Virus record (IMG/VR): IMGVR_UViG_3300042317_001691 | Location: 14,020-78,019 of that record | Direction: 5' to 3' (one strand) | From: a virus | Taxonomy: Duplodnaviria > Caudoviricetes | Length of the DNA: 64,000 bases | Shown: piece by piece, positions 37,904-46,274 of the stretch | How the letters are laid out: each line of letters starts with the position of its first letter | Numbering within the stretch: position 1 is the stretch's first letter | The notes under the pieces: generated by a model | Seen by the model: the letters and a program-made list of their open reading frames with translations, nothing else | The model's database searches: none | Told to the model about the DNA's origin: nothing | Program-made: the position numbers and the translations under genes

Positions 37904-39559
37904 TTATGCTTCACAGCTTTTGCAGTCTAAGATTGATCTAACTAACTCTTGTGCTGGGTTCGCACTACGTTGGTAATAAAGAGACTTAATTCCTTGTTCC
38001 CAAGCAAATATCATCAATTCATTAACCTCTTTTGCCTTTGTTTCTGGAGGAATCATTATGTTTAAACTTTGACCTTGATCAATGTACTTTTGACGTTGAG
38101 AGGCTTGAATTATAATCTCTTTTTGAGAAATCTCTCCAAATGTCTTGAACACGTCTTTCTCATCTTGAGATAAAAAGTTTAAATGTTGCACGCTGCCGCC
38201 CTTGATTAAGACAGATTTCCAAACCTCATCTGTATCTTGATTTTTTGCTTTTAAAAGCCTTTTTAGATACGGGTTTTTATAAGTAAATTTACCTTTAGCG
38301 AGGTCTTTGACAAAATAGTTGCTATTCAAGGGTTCGATTGAAGGAGAAACCTGACCAAGAATAAATGAACTTGATGTGGTTGGAGCAACTGCCATTGTTG
38401 TAGAATTTCTTTTACCAGTTCCTTTCATAAGTTCTGGCTCGCCAAATAGTTCAGCTAATTTTTCCGAGGCTTTATGAGATTTTTCTTTGATATGTTTCCA
38501 AATCTCAACATTTAACATTTTTGCTTGAAATGATTCAAATCCAATCATCTTTAATTGTAGAAGTGAATGCCAACCAAGTACACCAAGCCCCAATGCTCTT
38601 TGATTTTTTGCAAATTTATTTGCCGCTTCCATATAAGGCATTTCATCAGTCTTTTGGATGAATTCGGTCATAACGGCATCCAAGAAATAAATCATGACTT
38701 CAACCGCATCAGTCTCTTTCCATTCGTCCCACTTCTCCAAGTTCATTGAAGATAAGTTACAAACAAAAGATTCATCTTCTGAATTGCTCAAGAAAATTTC
38801 TGAACACAAATTGCTATTATTTATTTTTAGCCCCTTTTTCTTGTAAACTTCTGGAGCTTGATTGTTTACATTATCAGTAAAAAAGATATATGGATAGCCG
38901 CTTTCAAATCTCTTCTTCAAGACTTCTCCCCATATTTTTCTTTTTTCTTTGTTACCCTCTATCATTGATTTCATCCATTCGTCAGACACGCAAACTCCGA
39001 TTGAAATGTCTTGGATTTCGTTTCCTTCTGATTTAATCTTTAAAAATTCTTCAATATCTGGATGATCGATTGGAAGGTAGGCAGCAAAAGATCCACGACG
39101 TACATTACCTTGGCTAACAACATTCATGAGTTTGTCGTAAAGCTCCATGAAGTGAACAGAGCCAGTAGACTCACCTCCAGCAGAAATTGGCATACCTCTC
39201 CCCCTTACATCTCCAAAATAAGCGGATGTGCCGCCTCCAGATTTAGTCATCATTCCTACTTCGGCAAGCTTTCCAAGAATGCCTTCCATTGTATCAGGAA
39301 TGTAAGAACCAAAGCAGGAAATTGGAAGACCCCTATTTCTTCCGAAGTTGGCCCAGATAGGAGAACTTAGTGAGTAAAAGCCCTTCTGCATATAAAGGCA
39401 GAACTTTTCAAAGAAATTTGGAATTTTGTTTAAAAGCTTATCTAAAGCCGTGTTTGCAATGTCTTCAATTCTTTTCTCTGGAGTTTCCCCCTTCAATAAA
39501 TAACCTCTCTCCAGAAATGTACGAGAGTCTTTATTGAGCCAATAAAAATTATTTTCCAT
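37904..39559 (-). CDS. nrdA: Ribonucleotide reductase class Ia alpha subunit, short form without ATP cone (probable start 39559)
   Basis: PISCF, KSGGGTS, SNLCSEI, CNLSS, RALGLGVLG, APTTSSS, SLYY, C-terminal CKSC. Confidence 0.95.
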   Translation of the reverse strand: MENNFYWLNKDSRTFLERGYLLKGETPEKRIEDIANTALDKLLNKIPNFFEKFCLYMQKGFYSLSSPIWANFGRNRGLPISCFGSYIPDTMEGILGKLAEVGMMTKSGGGTSAYFGDVRGRGMPISAGGESTGSVHFMELYDKLMNVVSQGNVRRGSFAAYLPIDHPDIEEFLKIKSEGNEIQDISIGVCVSDEWMKSMIEGNKEKRKIWGEVLKKRFESGYPYIFFTDNVNNQAPEVYKKKGLKINNSNLCSEIFLSNSEDESFVCNLSSMNLEKWDEWKETDAVEVMIYFLDAVMTEFIQKTDEMPYMEAANKFAKNQRALGLGVLGWHSLLQLKMIGFESFQAKMLNVEIWKHIKEKSHKASEKLAELFGEPELMKGTGKRNSTTMAVAPTTSSSFILGQVSPSIEPLNSNYFVKDLAKGKFTYKNPYLKRLLKAKNQDTDEVWKSVLIKGGSVQHLNFLSQDEKDVFKTFGEISQKEIIIQASQRQKYIDQGQSLNIMIPPETKAKEVNELMIFAWEQGIKSLYYQRSANPAQELVRSILDCKSCEA

Positions 39560-39560
39560 A

Positions 39561-40532
39561 TTAAAAAAGATCTTCTTCTCCAAACGACTGATTTTTCTTT
39601 GAGTACTCAACTGGCTTCGAATGAAAGAAGTCAGTCATATTGTTGCCAAGTAATTCCTCTTCAAACCAAGAGGTCTTAGAAAGCAAATCAGAATTGATTA
39701 CAAAAACTTTTTGGAAGCCGATTTGAACTAATGATTCATTAATTCTATTCTTAACGAACTCTTTTAAAATGTCCGCACTTAGATTTTCTTCTTGAATACC
39801 ATTTACCATCCAATCAATTATTTTAGACTCTGCCTCAAAAGCCTCTTTAGCCTCAGAGATTATTTTTCCCTCAAGCTCTTCATCAAATAAATAGGGATAT
39901 TCTTCTTTAATCGTATTGATTATTTTGATCCCGACCAAAGCATGAAGATTTTCTTCGTTCCTTGTGTACTTGACCTGTTGGTCCGTGTCTTTTAATACGT
40001 TCTTAAATCTACTGAACCAGTTAATTATATAAAACTGAGAGAACAAAGAAACATTCTCTACAAACAGAGTGAATAGCGTAATTGCATACAAATATTGTTT
40101 TTTGCTGTCTTTATAGAAACGATGAGTATATTTCTTTAAATACTTTACTCGCCCTTGAATCCATTCGAGCTTTAAATTCTCTTCGAAAACGTCTTCTAGA
40201 CCAAGAACAGAGATTAATCTTTCATACGCATTGTTGTGGATCACCTCCACATTTGCCATAACGTACCCTAAATCAGAAAGGGATGGATGAGGAAGGTTTT
40301 CCCCTAATTTTGCCCAGAAAGTTTTTACGGCAACCTCAATTTGACCAATTGCAGAAAGCGTTCTGATGACAATTTCTTTTTCCTTATCAGAGAGAGAAAC
40401 TTTAAATTGTTGAATGTCTGACTTAAAGGAAAACTCCTTATCTGTCCAAAATCCTTCATGCATTGCACTTATAAACTTTTCCGTCCAAGGATACTTGTTC
40501 GGCTTCCTAGAGATTTGTTCCTCGAAAATCAT
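39561..40532 (-). CDS. nrdB: Ribonucleotide reductase class Ia beta subunit (probable start 40532)
   Basis: FWTDKE, EVIHNNAY, LFVENVSLFSQF, RNEENLH, DFF. Confidence 0.95.
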   Translation of the reverse strand: MIFEEQISRKPNKYPWTEKFISAMHEGFWTDKEFSFKSDIQQFKVSLSDKEKEIVIRTLSAIGQIEVAVKTFWAKLGENLPHPSLSDLGYVMANVEVIHNNAYERLISVLGLEDVFEENLKLEWIQGRVKYLKKYTHRFYKDSKKQYLYAITLFTLFVENVSLFSQFYIINWFSRFKNVLKDTDQQVKYTRNEENLHALVGIKIINTIKEEYPYLFDEELEGKIISEAKEAFEAESKIIDWMVNGIQEENLSADILKEFVKNRINESLVQIGFQKVFVINSDLLSKTSWFEEELLGNNMTDFFHSKPVEYSKKNQSFGEEDLF

Positions 40533-40611
40533 GGCTATTAAAAATATAATACACCATGCGAGAGAGCAACTCAAGATGAATCGGAAAAATTTATCTGTTC
40601 CCAGGATTTTC

Positions 40612-40641
40612 TTGACAGAACCAAAAAAGTGTCGTTATAAT
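40612..40641 (+). promoter_or_regulatory. Perfect-consensus sigma70 promoter
   Basis: TTGACA-N18-TATAAT in the divergent intergenic region. Confidence 0.85.
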
Positions 40642-40671
40642 TAAAACAAGAACGAAGAAATTGAATTCGCC

Positions 40672-40693
40672 GCTTCGCGACGAAGCATTTTTT
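40672..40693 (+). terminator. Terminator-like hairpin just downstream of the promoter
   Basis: GCTTCG-CGA-CGAAGC-A-TTTTTT. Confidence 0.55.
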
Positions 40694-40723
40694 ACAAAAA
40701 TGCATCCATAAAAATTAAATGCG

Positions 40724-41092
40724 GTGCAAAAAATGGAAAACTTTCTATTAAAAAAGAATATTAATATGATTAGGGAGATCATAAGTTATAAAAAATTCTA
40801 CCTTTGCCAAGGAGGTAATTGGCAAGTTGTTGTAGAAGCTGATTGCGAAGAAAATGCGGCAACTCAAGCTGTAGAGGAAATTATGGTTGAAGAAGTTAAA
40901 TTTGTAAGATTGTCTGCAGCTATTTTTGTAAAAGAACTTCCTCGACATTTGGGAGGAGATGTTTTACAAGAAGATTCGAAGACAATTTTGTTTTATACTC
41001 CCATGATTATGGCAAATGCGGGCTTCCATGCTGAAGCTCACAAACTTCAAAATTATTTAGACGACATAGATTCAGATGAATATGAAAAATAA
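40724..41092 (+). CDS. Hypothetical protein (start uncertain)
   Basis: First ORF of the rightward operon; overlaps the dUTPase start. Confidence 0.65.
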   Translation: MQKMENFLLKKNINMIREIISYKKFYLCQGGNWQVVVEADCEENAATQAVEEIMVEEVKFVRLSAAIFVKELPRHLGGDVLQEDSKTILFYTPMIMANAGFHAEAHKLQNYLDDIDSDEYEK

Positions 41093-41600
41093 AAATAAAA
41101 TTTTTGCTGACAAAAAGGTAAAACTTTGCGAAAAAACCTATCCGCTTGATAGCGGATATGATTTAAAAAGTATTTCAGAACCAACAATCGTTGGCGAAAA
41201 AATAATTGGGGAGTATTACAAAAGCATACAATACATAGAATACGATACTGGTATTAAAATCGACACTCTTCAGAGAAAGAGTGAAAAACAAATATGCGCT
41301 TTTGTATTTCCAAGGTCGAGTATTAGTAGCAAAACAAATTTAGTTTTAGCTAATTCAGTTGGAGTTATAGACCCACTTTATAGAGATAGTATAAAAGTAA
41401 GATTTAGATATATCTTTCAGCCAAATGATTTTAAACTGATAAATGACGAAGTAGTGGGAAAAATCAATCAAGATAGAATATATAAAATCGGAGACAGAAT
41501 AGCTCAGATTATTTTTGTGGAAAACTTAGATCATGAAATTGATTACGTTGAACAACTAATAGAAACTGGTCGCGGAGGTTTTGGTTCCACTGGAGATTAA
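41076..41600 (+). CDS. dut: Trimeric dUTPase
   Basis: DSGYDL, PRSSIS, NSVGVIDPLYR, GDRIAQ, RGGFGSTG. Confidence 0.95.
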   Translation: MNMKNKNKIFADKKVKLCEKTYPLDSGYDLKSISEPTIVGEKIIGEYYKSIQYIEYDTGIKIDTLQRKSEKQICAFVFPRSSISSKTNLVLANSVGVIDPLYRDSIKVRFRYIFQPNDFKLINDEVVGKINQDRIYKIGDRIAQIIFVENLDHEIDYVEQLIETGRGGFGSTGD

Positions 41601-41601
41601 T

Positions 41602-42189
41602 ATGATTTTTGGAATTTCTGGATACGCAACCGTGGGCAAAGATACTTTTGCAGATTCAATGCATTATCTTTTGTTAAAAAGAAAAATTAATTGCTATAGA
41701 GAATCATTTGCAAAACAATTAAAACTTCAAATGGAAGGGTTTTTGATGATGAATTTCAAAATATCAGCCCTTACCTCAAAAGAAGAAGAGAAAAAAATTA
41801 TTAGACCTCTTTTGGTCGCTTTTGGAGAAGCGAAAAGAAAAATTAATCCAGATTATTGGGTGGGCGTTCTAGATCATCTTTTGTTAAAAAATGGATTAAC
41901 AATTATTTCTGATGTTAGGTATGAGAATGAGGCAGATTGGATTATTTCTAAAGGTGGAAAAATTTTACATCTAAATAGAATGAATGAAGATGGTTCTTAC
42001 GTTCAACCAGCAAATAAAGAAGAGGAACTAAATTCGCCCAATGTTATTAAAAAATGTTTTCATGAATTATGTTGGAAAACAATGCCAGATAAAAATCAAA
42101 CCAACGAAGTTGTGCAATCTTTCGTTGACACAATCTTAACAGAAGAACTAGAAAAATGGAAAGTGACATTTCCCTTATCCAAAGGGTAA
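41602..42189 (+). CDS. Deoxynucleoside monophosphate kinase
   Basis: GISGYATVGKDT P-loop, FAKQLK, RPLL..FG, IISDVRYENE. Confidence 0.88.
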   Translation: MIFGISGYATVGKDTFADSMHYLLLKRKINCYRESFAKQLKLQMEGFLMMNFKISALTSKEEEKKIIRPLLVAFGEAKRKINPDYWVGVLDHLLLKNGLTIISDVRYENEADWIISKGGKILHLNRMNEDGSYVQPANKEEELNSPNVIKKCFHELCWKTMPDKNQTNEVVQSFVDTILTEELEKWKVTFPLSKG

Positions 42190-42731
42190 AAAAAGACGGA
42201 GATGCGGAAAGTTTATGCTTGCTAATTCAAAGGCATTCTGGTATATACCTTGACATGGTAAATTCGGTAATACCGAATAACTGTGATTTTTTGGATAAAA
42301 ATGACATTATAGAGGAAAAAGATATTTCAATCTATAAGGCGATACTTAATTTTGATCCAGATAAAAATACAAAATTTTCTACCTATCTTGGCAACGAAAC
42401 AAAATGGAGATGTTTGAATCTATTTAATAGAGGTACAAAATATAAACATATTGATATAGAAGACTTTAAAGAAGATTCAAATTTTATAGAAAACGAAACT
42501 TTTGAAAATATTCATTCAAAAGAAATTTTAGAAAAGATTTTTTCATACGCAGAAACGCATTCAGACAAAAGAATTTCCGAAATAATCAATTTGAGATATA
42601 AAGTTGGACTAGCGAACAAAACAATGCCTTGGAAAGAAATAGCAAAAAAAATAAACTTAAGCATTCAAGGATGTATAAACATTCACAATAAATTTATCGA
42701 AGAAATAAAAAAGGAGCTATATAATGTATAA
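42156..42731 (+). CDS. Phage RNA polymerase sigma factor (sigma70 regions 2 and 4)
   Basis: AILNFDPDKNTKFSTY region 2; IINLRY...WKEIAKKINLSIQG HTH region 4. Confidence 0.85.
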   Translation: MESDISLIQRVKKDGDAESLCLLIQRHSGIYLDMVNSVIPNNCDFLDKNDIIEEKDISIYKAILNFDPDKNTKFSTYLGNETKWRCLNLFNRGTKYKHIDIEDFKEDSNFIENETFENIHSKEILEKIFSYAETHSDKRISEIINLRYKVGLANKTMPWKEIAKKINLSIQGCINIHNKFIEEIKKELYNV

Positions 42732-43116
42732 CAAAGTACTACTAATCGGCAATGTTGTAAAAGACATTGAAACAAAGCAAGTTGGAAAATCTACTGTTGC
42801 TAGATTTAGATTGGCCGTGGATGACCCATATAGAGAAAAGAATACTCTCTATATTGACTGTGAAGCTTGGGGCGAACAAGCTGACTTTGTGCAGAAGTGG
42901 CTATCAAAGGGCAAGGGGGTAATTGTTGATGGTAGACTTTGCATGGATTCTTGGGAAAAAGATGGAAAAAAAGAAACCAAGTTCTTTGTAAAGGCTCAAG
43001 ATATTAGATTTTCCTTTAGCCCCAAAAAAGAAGACTCTAAAAAAGAAACCTCACAAGCAAAAGAAAAACAAACTGAAAAACAGAACGACGAAGATTTTTC
43101 TGAAGTCCCCTTTTAA
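42724..43116 (+). CDS. ssb: Single-stranded DNA-binding protein
   Basis: MYNKVLLIGN, YIDCEAWG..A, KGKGVIVDGRL, acidic tail ending EVPF. Confidence 0.95.
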   Translation: MYNKVLLIGNVVKDIETKQVGKSTVARFRLAVDDPYREKNTLYIDCEAWGEQADFVQKWLSKGKGVIVDGRLCMDSWEKDGKKETKFFVKAQDIRFSFSPKKEDSKKETSQAKEKQTEKQNDEDFSEVPF

Positions 43117-43118
43117 TT

Positions 43119-44183
43119 ATGAATTTAATAGTAGAAGCTCCACTCAATTCCTTGAGTTTTGGAAATGTCTCTTATAATCTTTTAAGAGAACTTTTTAAAG
43201 CAAACGTGGAAATTGCATATGTTCCGATTGGTGAACCAGACTTATCTGCGTTTCAACCCAAGCAAGAATTCATGCAGTGGCTGAATAAAGCCGCAAATAG
43301 AAGATTCGAATGCTTGGATCTTGATTTACCAACTATCAGACTTTGGCACTTAAATGGTTCGGACTTTTTAAGATCTAGAAGGCAATACTTATTGACTTTC
43401 TATGAATGCAACAACCCAACTGAGCCAGAGAAAAAGATTGCAAACATGCAAACAAAAACCTTTTTCTCTTCAGATTTCTCTAAAAATCAGTTTGATAATT
43501 CAGAAAAATTTTCTCTTGGCTTTGATGAAGATTTTCATCAAACGGGGAAAAAATATATGGAAGGAGTGATCCATTTTGGACTGTGTGGAAAATTTGAAAA
43601 AAGAAAACATACAGAAAAAGTAATTAAAACTTGGCTAAAGAAGTATGGAAATAATCCCAAGTATCTTCTTTCGTGCTGCGTTACAAATCCGTTTGTAAAA
43701 CCAGAACAGATGAACCAAATCATTGTAAATGCCTTGGAAGGAAAACATTATTCAAATATTAACTTCATTCCTTGGTTAAAAACAAATGCGGAAGTTAATG
43801 AATTCATGAATGCAATTGATATCGATTTGACTGGAGTAAGCGGAGGAGAGGGTTGGAATTTACCAGCCTTTAATGCCACTTGTTTAGGCAAATGGAGCGT
43901 TGTATTAAACGGCACGTCTCATAAAGAATGGGCAAACCAAGACAACTCTATTCTGATCGAACCAAATGGAGAACAAGAATCTGAAGACGGGCTATTCTTC
44001 AAAAAGGGAGCGCCCTTTAATCAAGGAACCTTCTTGACCTTTGACGAAAATGAACTTGTAGCAGCAATGGAGAAAGGTGAGACACTAGTGGGACAATACA
44101 ATATGATTGGCTCAGTATTGGGACAATCTTTCACATATAAAAAATCTCTAGAAGAAATTCTCTCTAGAATCTCAATGGCATAA
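43119..44183 (+). CDS. GT4-like glycosyltransferase
   Basis: FGLCGKFEKRK, AIDI, SGGEGWNLPAFNATCLGK. Confidence 0.8.
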   Translation: MNLIVEAPLNSLSFGNVSYNLLRELFKANVEIAYVPIGEPDLSAFQPKQEFMQWLNKAANRRFECLDLDLPTIRLWHLNGSDFLRSRRQYLLTFYECNNPTEPEKKIANMQTKTFFSSDFSKNQFDNSEKFSLGFDEDFHQTGKKYMEGVIHFGLCGKFEKRKHTEKVIKTWLKKYGNNPKYLLSCCVTNPFVKPEQMNQIIVNALEGKHYSNINFIPWLKTNAEVNEFMNAIDIDLTGVSGGEGWNLPAFNATCLGKWSVVLNGTSHKEWANQDNSILIEPNGEQESEDGLFFKKGAPFNQGTFLTFDENELVAAMEKGETLVGQYNMIGSVLGQSFTYKKSLEEILSRISMA

Positions 44184-44204
44184 AGACTGCTTTAATAAAT
44201 TTAT

Positions 44205-44645
44205 ATGTATTCTGATTTCTTACCAACAATAACAACGTGTGATTTATTATCACTATTTACTCCAATTAAAGCTAATTCCCTTACGGAAGGATTTGAGAAA
44301 ATTAATGGCGTTTCTTTAAAGACGACCCTTGAAAATCCCACTTCCGAATCTCAGAGTGATCATAAGTTAAAATTCAAACTGCCTGGATACGAAAAAAATG
44401 AGATTAAAATCTCTATTGAGAATTTTGATAAATCTAGAAGATATAGGGTAATTGAAGCCGCTGGCTTTTTAAAGGTCACCATTGTAGCTCAAAACAAAGA
44501 AGAGGGCACGACTAGATATGAGGGATACTTCCCTCAATCGGTTGATGACTCAACAATTCAAGCAAAATTAAATAATGGCATTTTGACACTAACGGCAAAA
44601 ACAGATCCAAAGAAAACAAGGGAAAGAGAAATTCAAATTAGTTAA
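44205..44645 (+). CDS. Small heat-shock protein (Hsp20/alpha-crystallin)
   Basis: LPGYEKNEIKI, AKLNNGILTLT, terminal IQI motif. Confidence 0.85.
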   Translation: MYSDFLPTITTCDLLSLFTPIKANSLTEGFEKINGVSLKTTLENPTSESQSDHKLKFKLPGYEKNEIKISIENFDKSRRYRVIEAAGFLKVTIVAQNKEEGTTRYEGYFPQSVDDSTIQAKLNNGILTLTAKTDPKKTREREIQIS

Positions 44646-44674
44646 GGCTTCAAAAAACTTTTCTAATTAAATTG

Positions 44675-44705
44675 AAACCCGTCGAATTTGACGGGTTTCT
44701 TTTTT
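44675..44705 (+). terminator. Rho-independent terminator
   Basis: AAACCCGTC-GAATTT-GACGGGTTT-CTTTTTT. Confidence 0.85.
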
Positions 44706-44714
44706 ATTATACGT

Positions 44715-45107
44715 ATGCCAATTTATTCTTTTATCAATAAAAAAACGGGAAAAATTATTGAAGTTTTTCAATCAATGAATGACGTACACGAATACAAGGG
44801 GGAATCTGGAAAAGATGAAAATTGGGAAAGAGTTTTTCATATTCCGAATGCTTCAATTGATACTAAGCAAGATCCTTTTAGTGATAATCAATACCTAGAC
44901 GTGACAAAAAATAAAAAAGGCACGTATGGAAACATGATTGATTACAGCAAAGAATTGAGCGAAAAAAGAGCAAGTCTAAATGGCGGTATCGATCCCATTA
45001 AAGAAAAGCATTACGAGAATTATTCAAAACAAAGAAAAGGCGCAAAACATCCAGACAAAATGAAAAAGAGTTTTGAAAATAAACACGTAAAAATTGATTT
45101 AAGCTAA
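44715..45107 (+). CDS. FmdB-like zinc-ribbon protein lacking its cysteines
   Basis: MPIYSFINKKTGKIIEVFQSM parallels the FmdB pattern MPIYEYxCxxCGxxFExxQxM. Confidence 0.6.
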   Translation: MPIYSFINKKTGKIIEVFQSMNDVHEYKGESGKDENWERVFHIPNASIDTKQDPFSDNQYLDVTKNKKGTYGNMIDYSKELSEKRASLNGGIDPIKEKHYENYSKQRKGAKHPDKMKKSFENKHVKIDLS

Positions 45108-46274
45108 TATAACTAAATCTCCATTTGTTGATGACAATTTGTGTCCATCAGAAGAATGAAGTTTCATAAAATTTTCATCTTGGTCAGAAACTTCTAGCAG
45201 AGTAAACTTTGCTCCAGACTTATCACTTATTTCTATTGAGCACTGAATAGAATAATTTAAAAATCCATCCATTGATAATGAATAATTAAAACTTTCTACT
45301 GTTATATTTTCAAATTTAATTTCCGAATAGTTTAATCCTAATCCACTTTTTCCAAACCTTAAGATTATATAAAATTTTGAATCGGAATTCTTCAAAGAGG
45401 AAAGGGACTTTTCATTAAACTGTGAGGTTATACCTTGAATACTGAGTGATGCAAGACATGGAAATAGAAAAGCTCTTTCTAGTGGACTCATGCCCCTTTC
45501 AAAGAAAAAGAAATTATTCCTTTTGAAATCTAAAGAAAAATCCATTGACTGTATATTCGACGAACCTAAAACTGATAGGTCCGAAGAAGGTATCTCCAAA
45601 GACGAGTAGTCAGTTAATAATTCAAAATCTATTGCAGTTGTATTTATTTTGTCGCTGACATCAAAATTTGTTTTATAATAAAATGAATCTATCCAAGTAT
45701 TTTCTAATTTTATATTATTGCCAGAAGGATCTTGTGCATAATACGTATTTGAAATATTTAAAACATTTGATATTTTAACATCATTAAAAGAAAAAGAAAG
45801 ATTGCTAATTGGAAGTTTTCCGTCTCCATAAGAAAAAGAATAACTATTTAAAAAAAGTTTTTTAAACACAAAGCATAGCAAGTCTTCTGAATATCCATTA
45901 GATCTTACTTTATATAAAATATCTTCTCCATCTTTTTCATTTAAAAATAAAATTGCAGTTTCAATGAAATTGTTTTGAAATTTATTCAAAATGGAAGCGT
46001 TATCCTGAGAAGATGTATTTACAAATAAACCAATAAGCATTTCAAGCAAGAAATTTTTCTCTTGTATCAAAGATATATTTAAGCTGAATTCTGGATTTGT
46101 ATAAAACTTTTTATTTAGATTGCTATTGCCAATTGATTTTTGAGATATCTTTTGCAGATTTGAATTCAATTCAACATTTTGTAAAAATGGAATAAATTTA
46201 AATTCTGATAAATTTGCATTAAATGCAGATCTATCAAGTGCCAAAAGCGAAGAATTGTACCTAAATAAAGACAT
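45099..46274 (-). CDS. Tail tube-fold paralog (tail tip/baseplate proximal); probable start at 46274
   Basis: LFLNSYSFSYGDGKLP and IQSMDFSLDFKR...FP parallel segments of the major tail protein; TAATG coupling. Confidence 0.6.
   Translation of the reverse strand: MSLFRYNSSLLALDRSAFNANLSEFKFIPFLQNVELNSNLQKISQKSIGNSNLNKKFYTNPEFSLNISLIQEKNFLLEMLIGLFVNTSSQDNASILNKFQNNFIETAILFLNEKDGEDILYKVRSNGYSEDLLCFVFKKLFLNSYSFSYGDGKLPISNLSFSFNDVKISNVLNISNTYYAQDPSGNNIKLENTWIDSFYYKTNFDVSDKINTTAIDFELLTDYSSLEIPSSDLSVLGSSNIQSMDFSLDFKRNNFFFFERGMSPLERAFLFPCLASLSIQGITSQFNEKSLSSLKNSDSKFYIILRFGKSGLGLNYSEIKFENITVESFNYSLSMDGFLNYSIQCSIEISDKSGAKFTLLEVSDQDENFMKLHSSDGHKLSSTNGDLVILA

Noticed and set aside
20645-39559. Inteins or introns in dnaE, dnaB, recA, nrdA
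   Set aside because: Lengths are normal or short, motifs are contiguous, and there are no C...HN intein ends or homing endonuclease motifs
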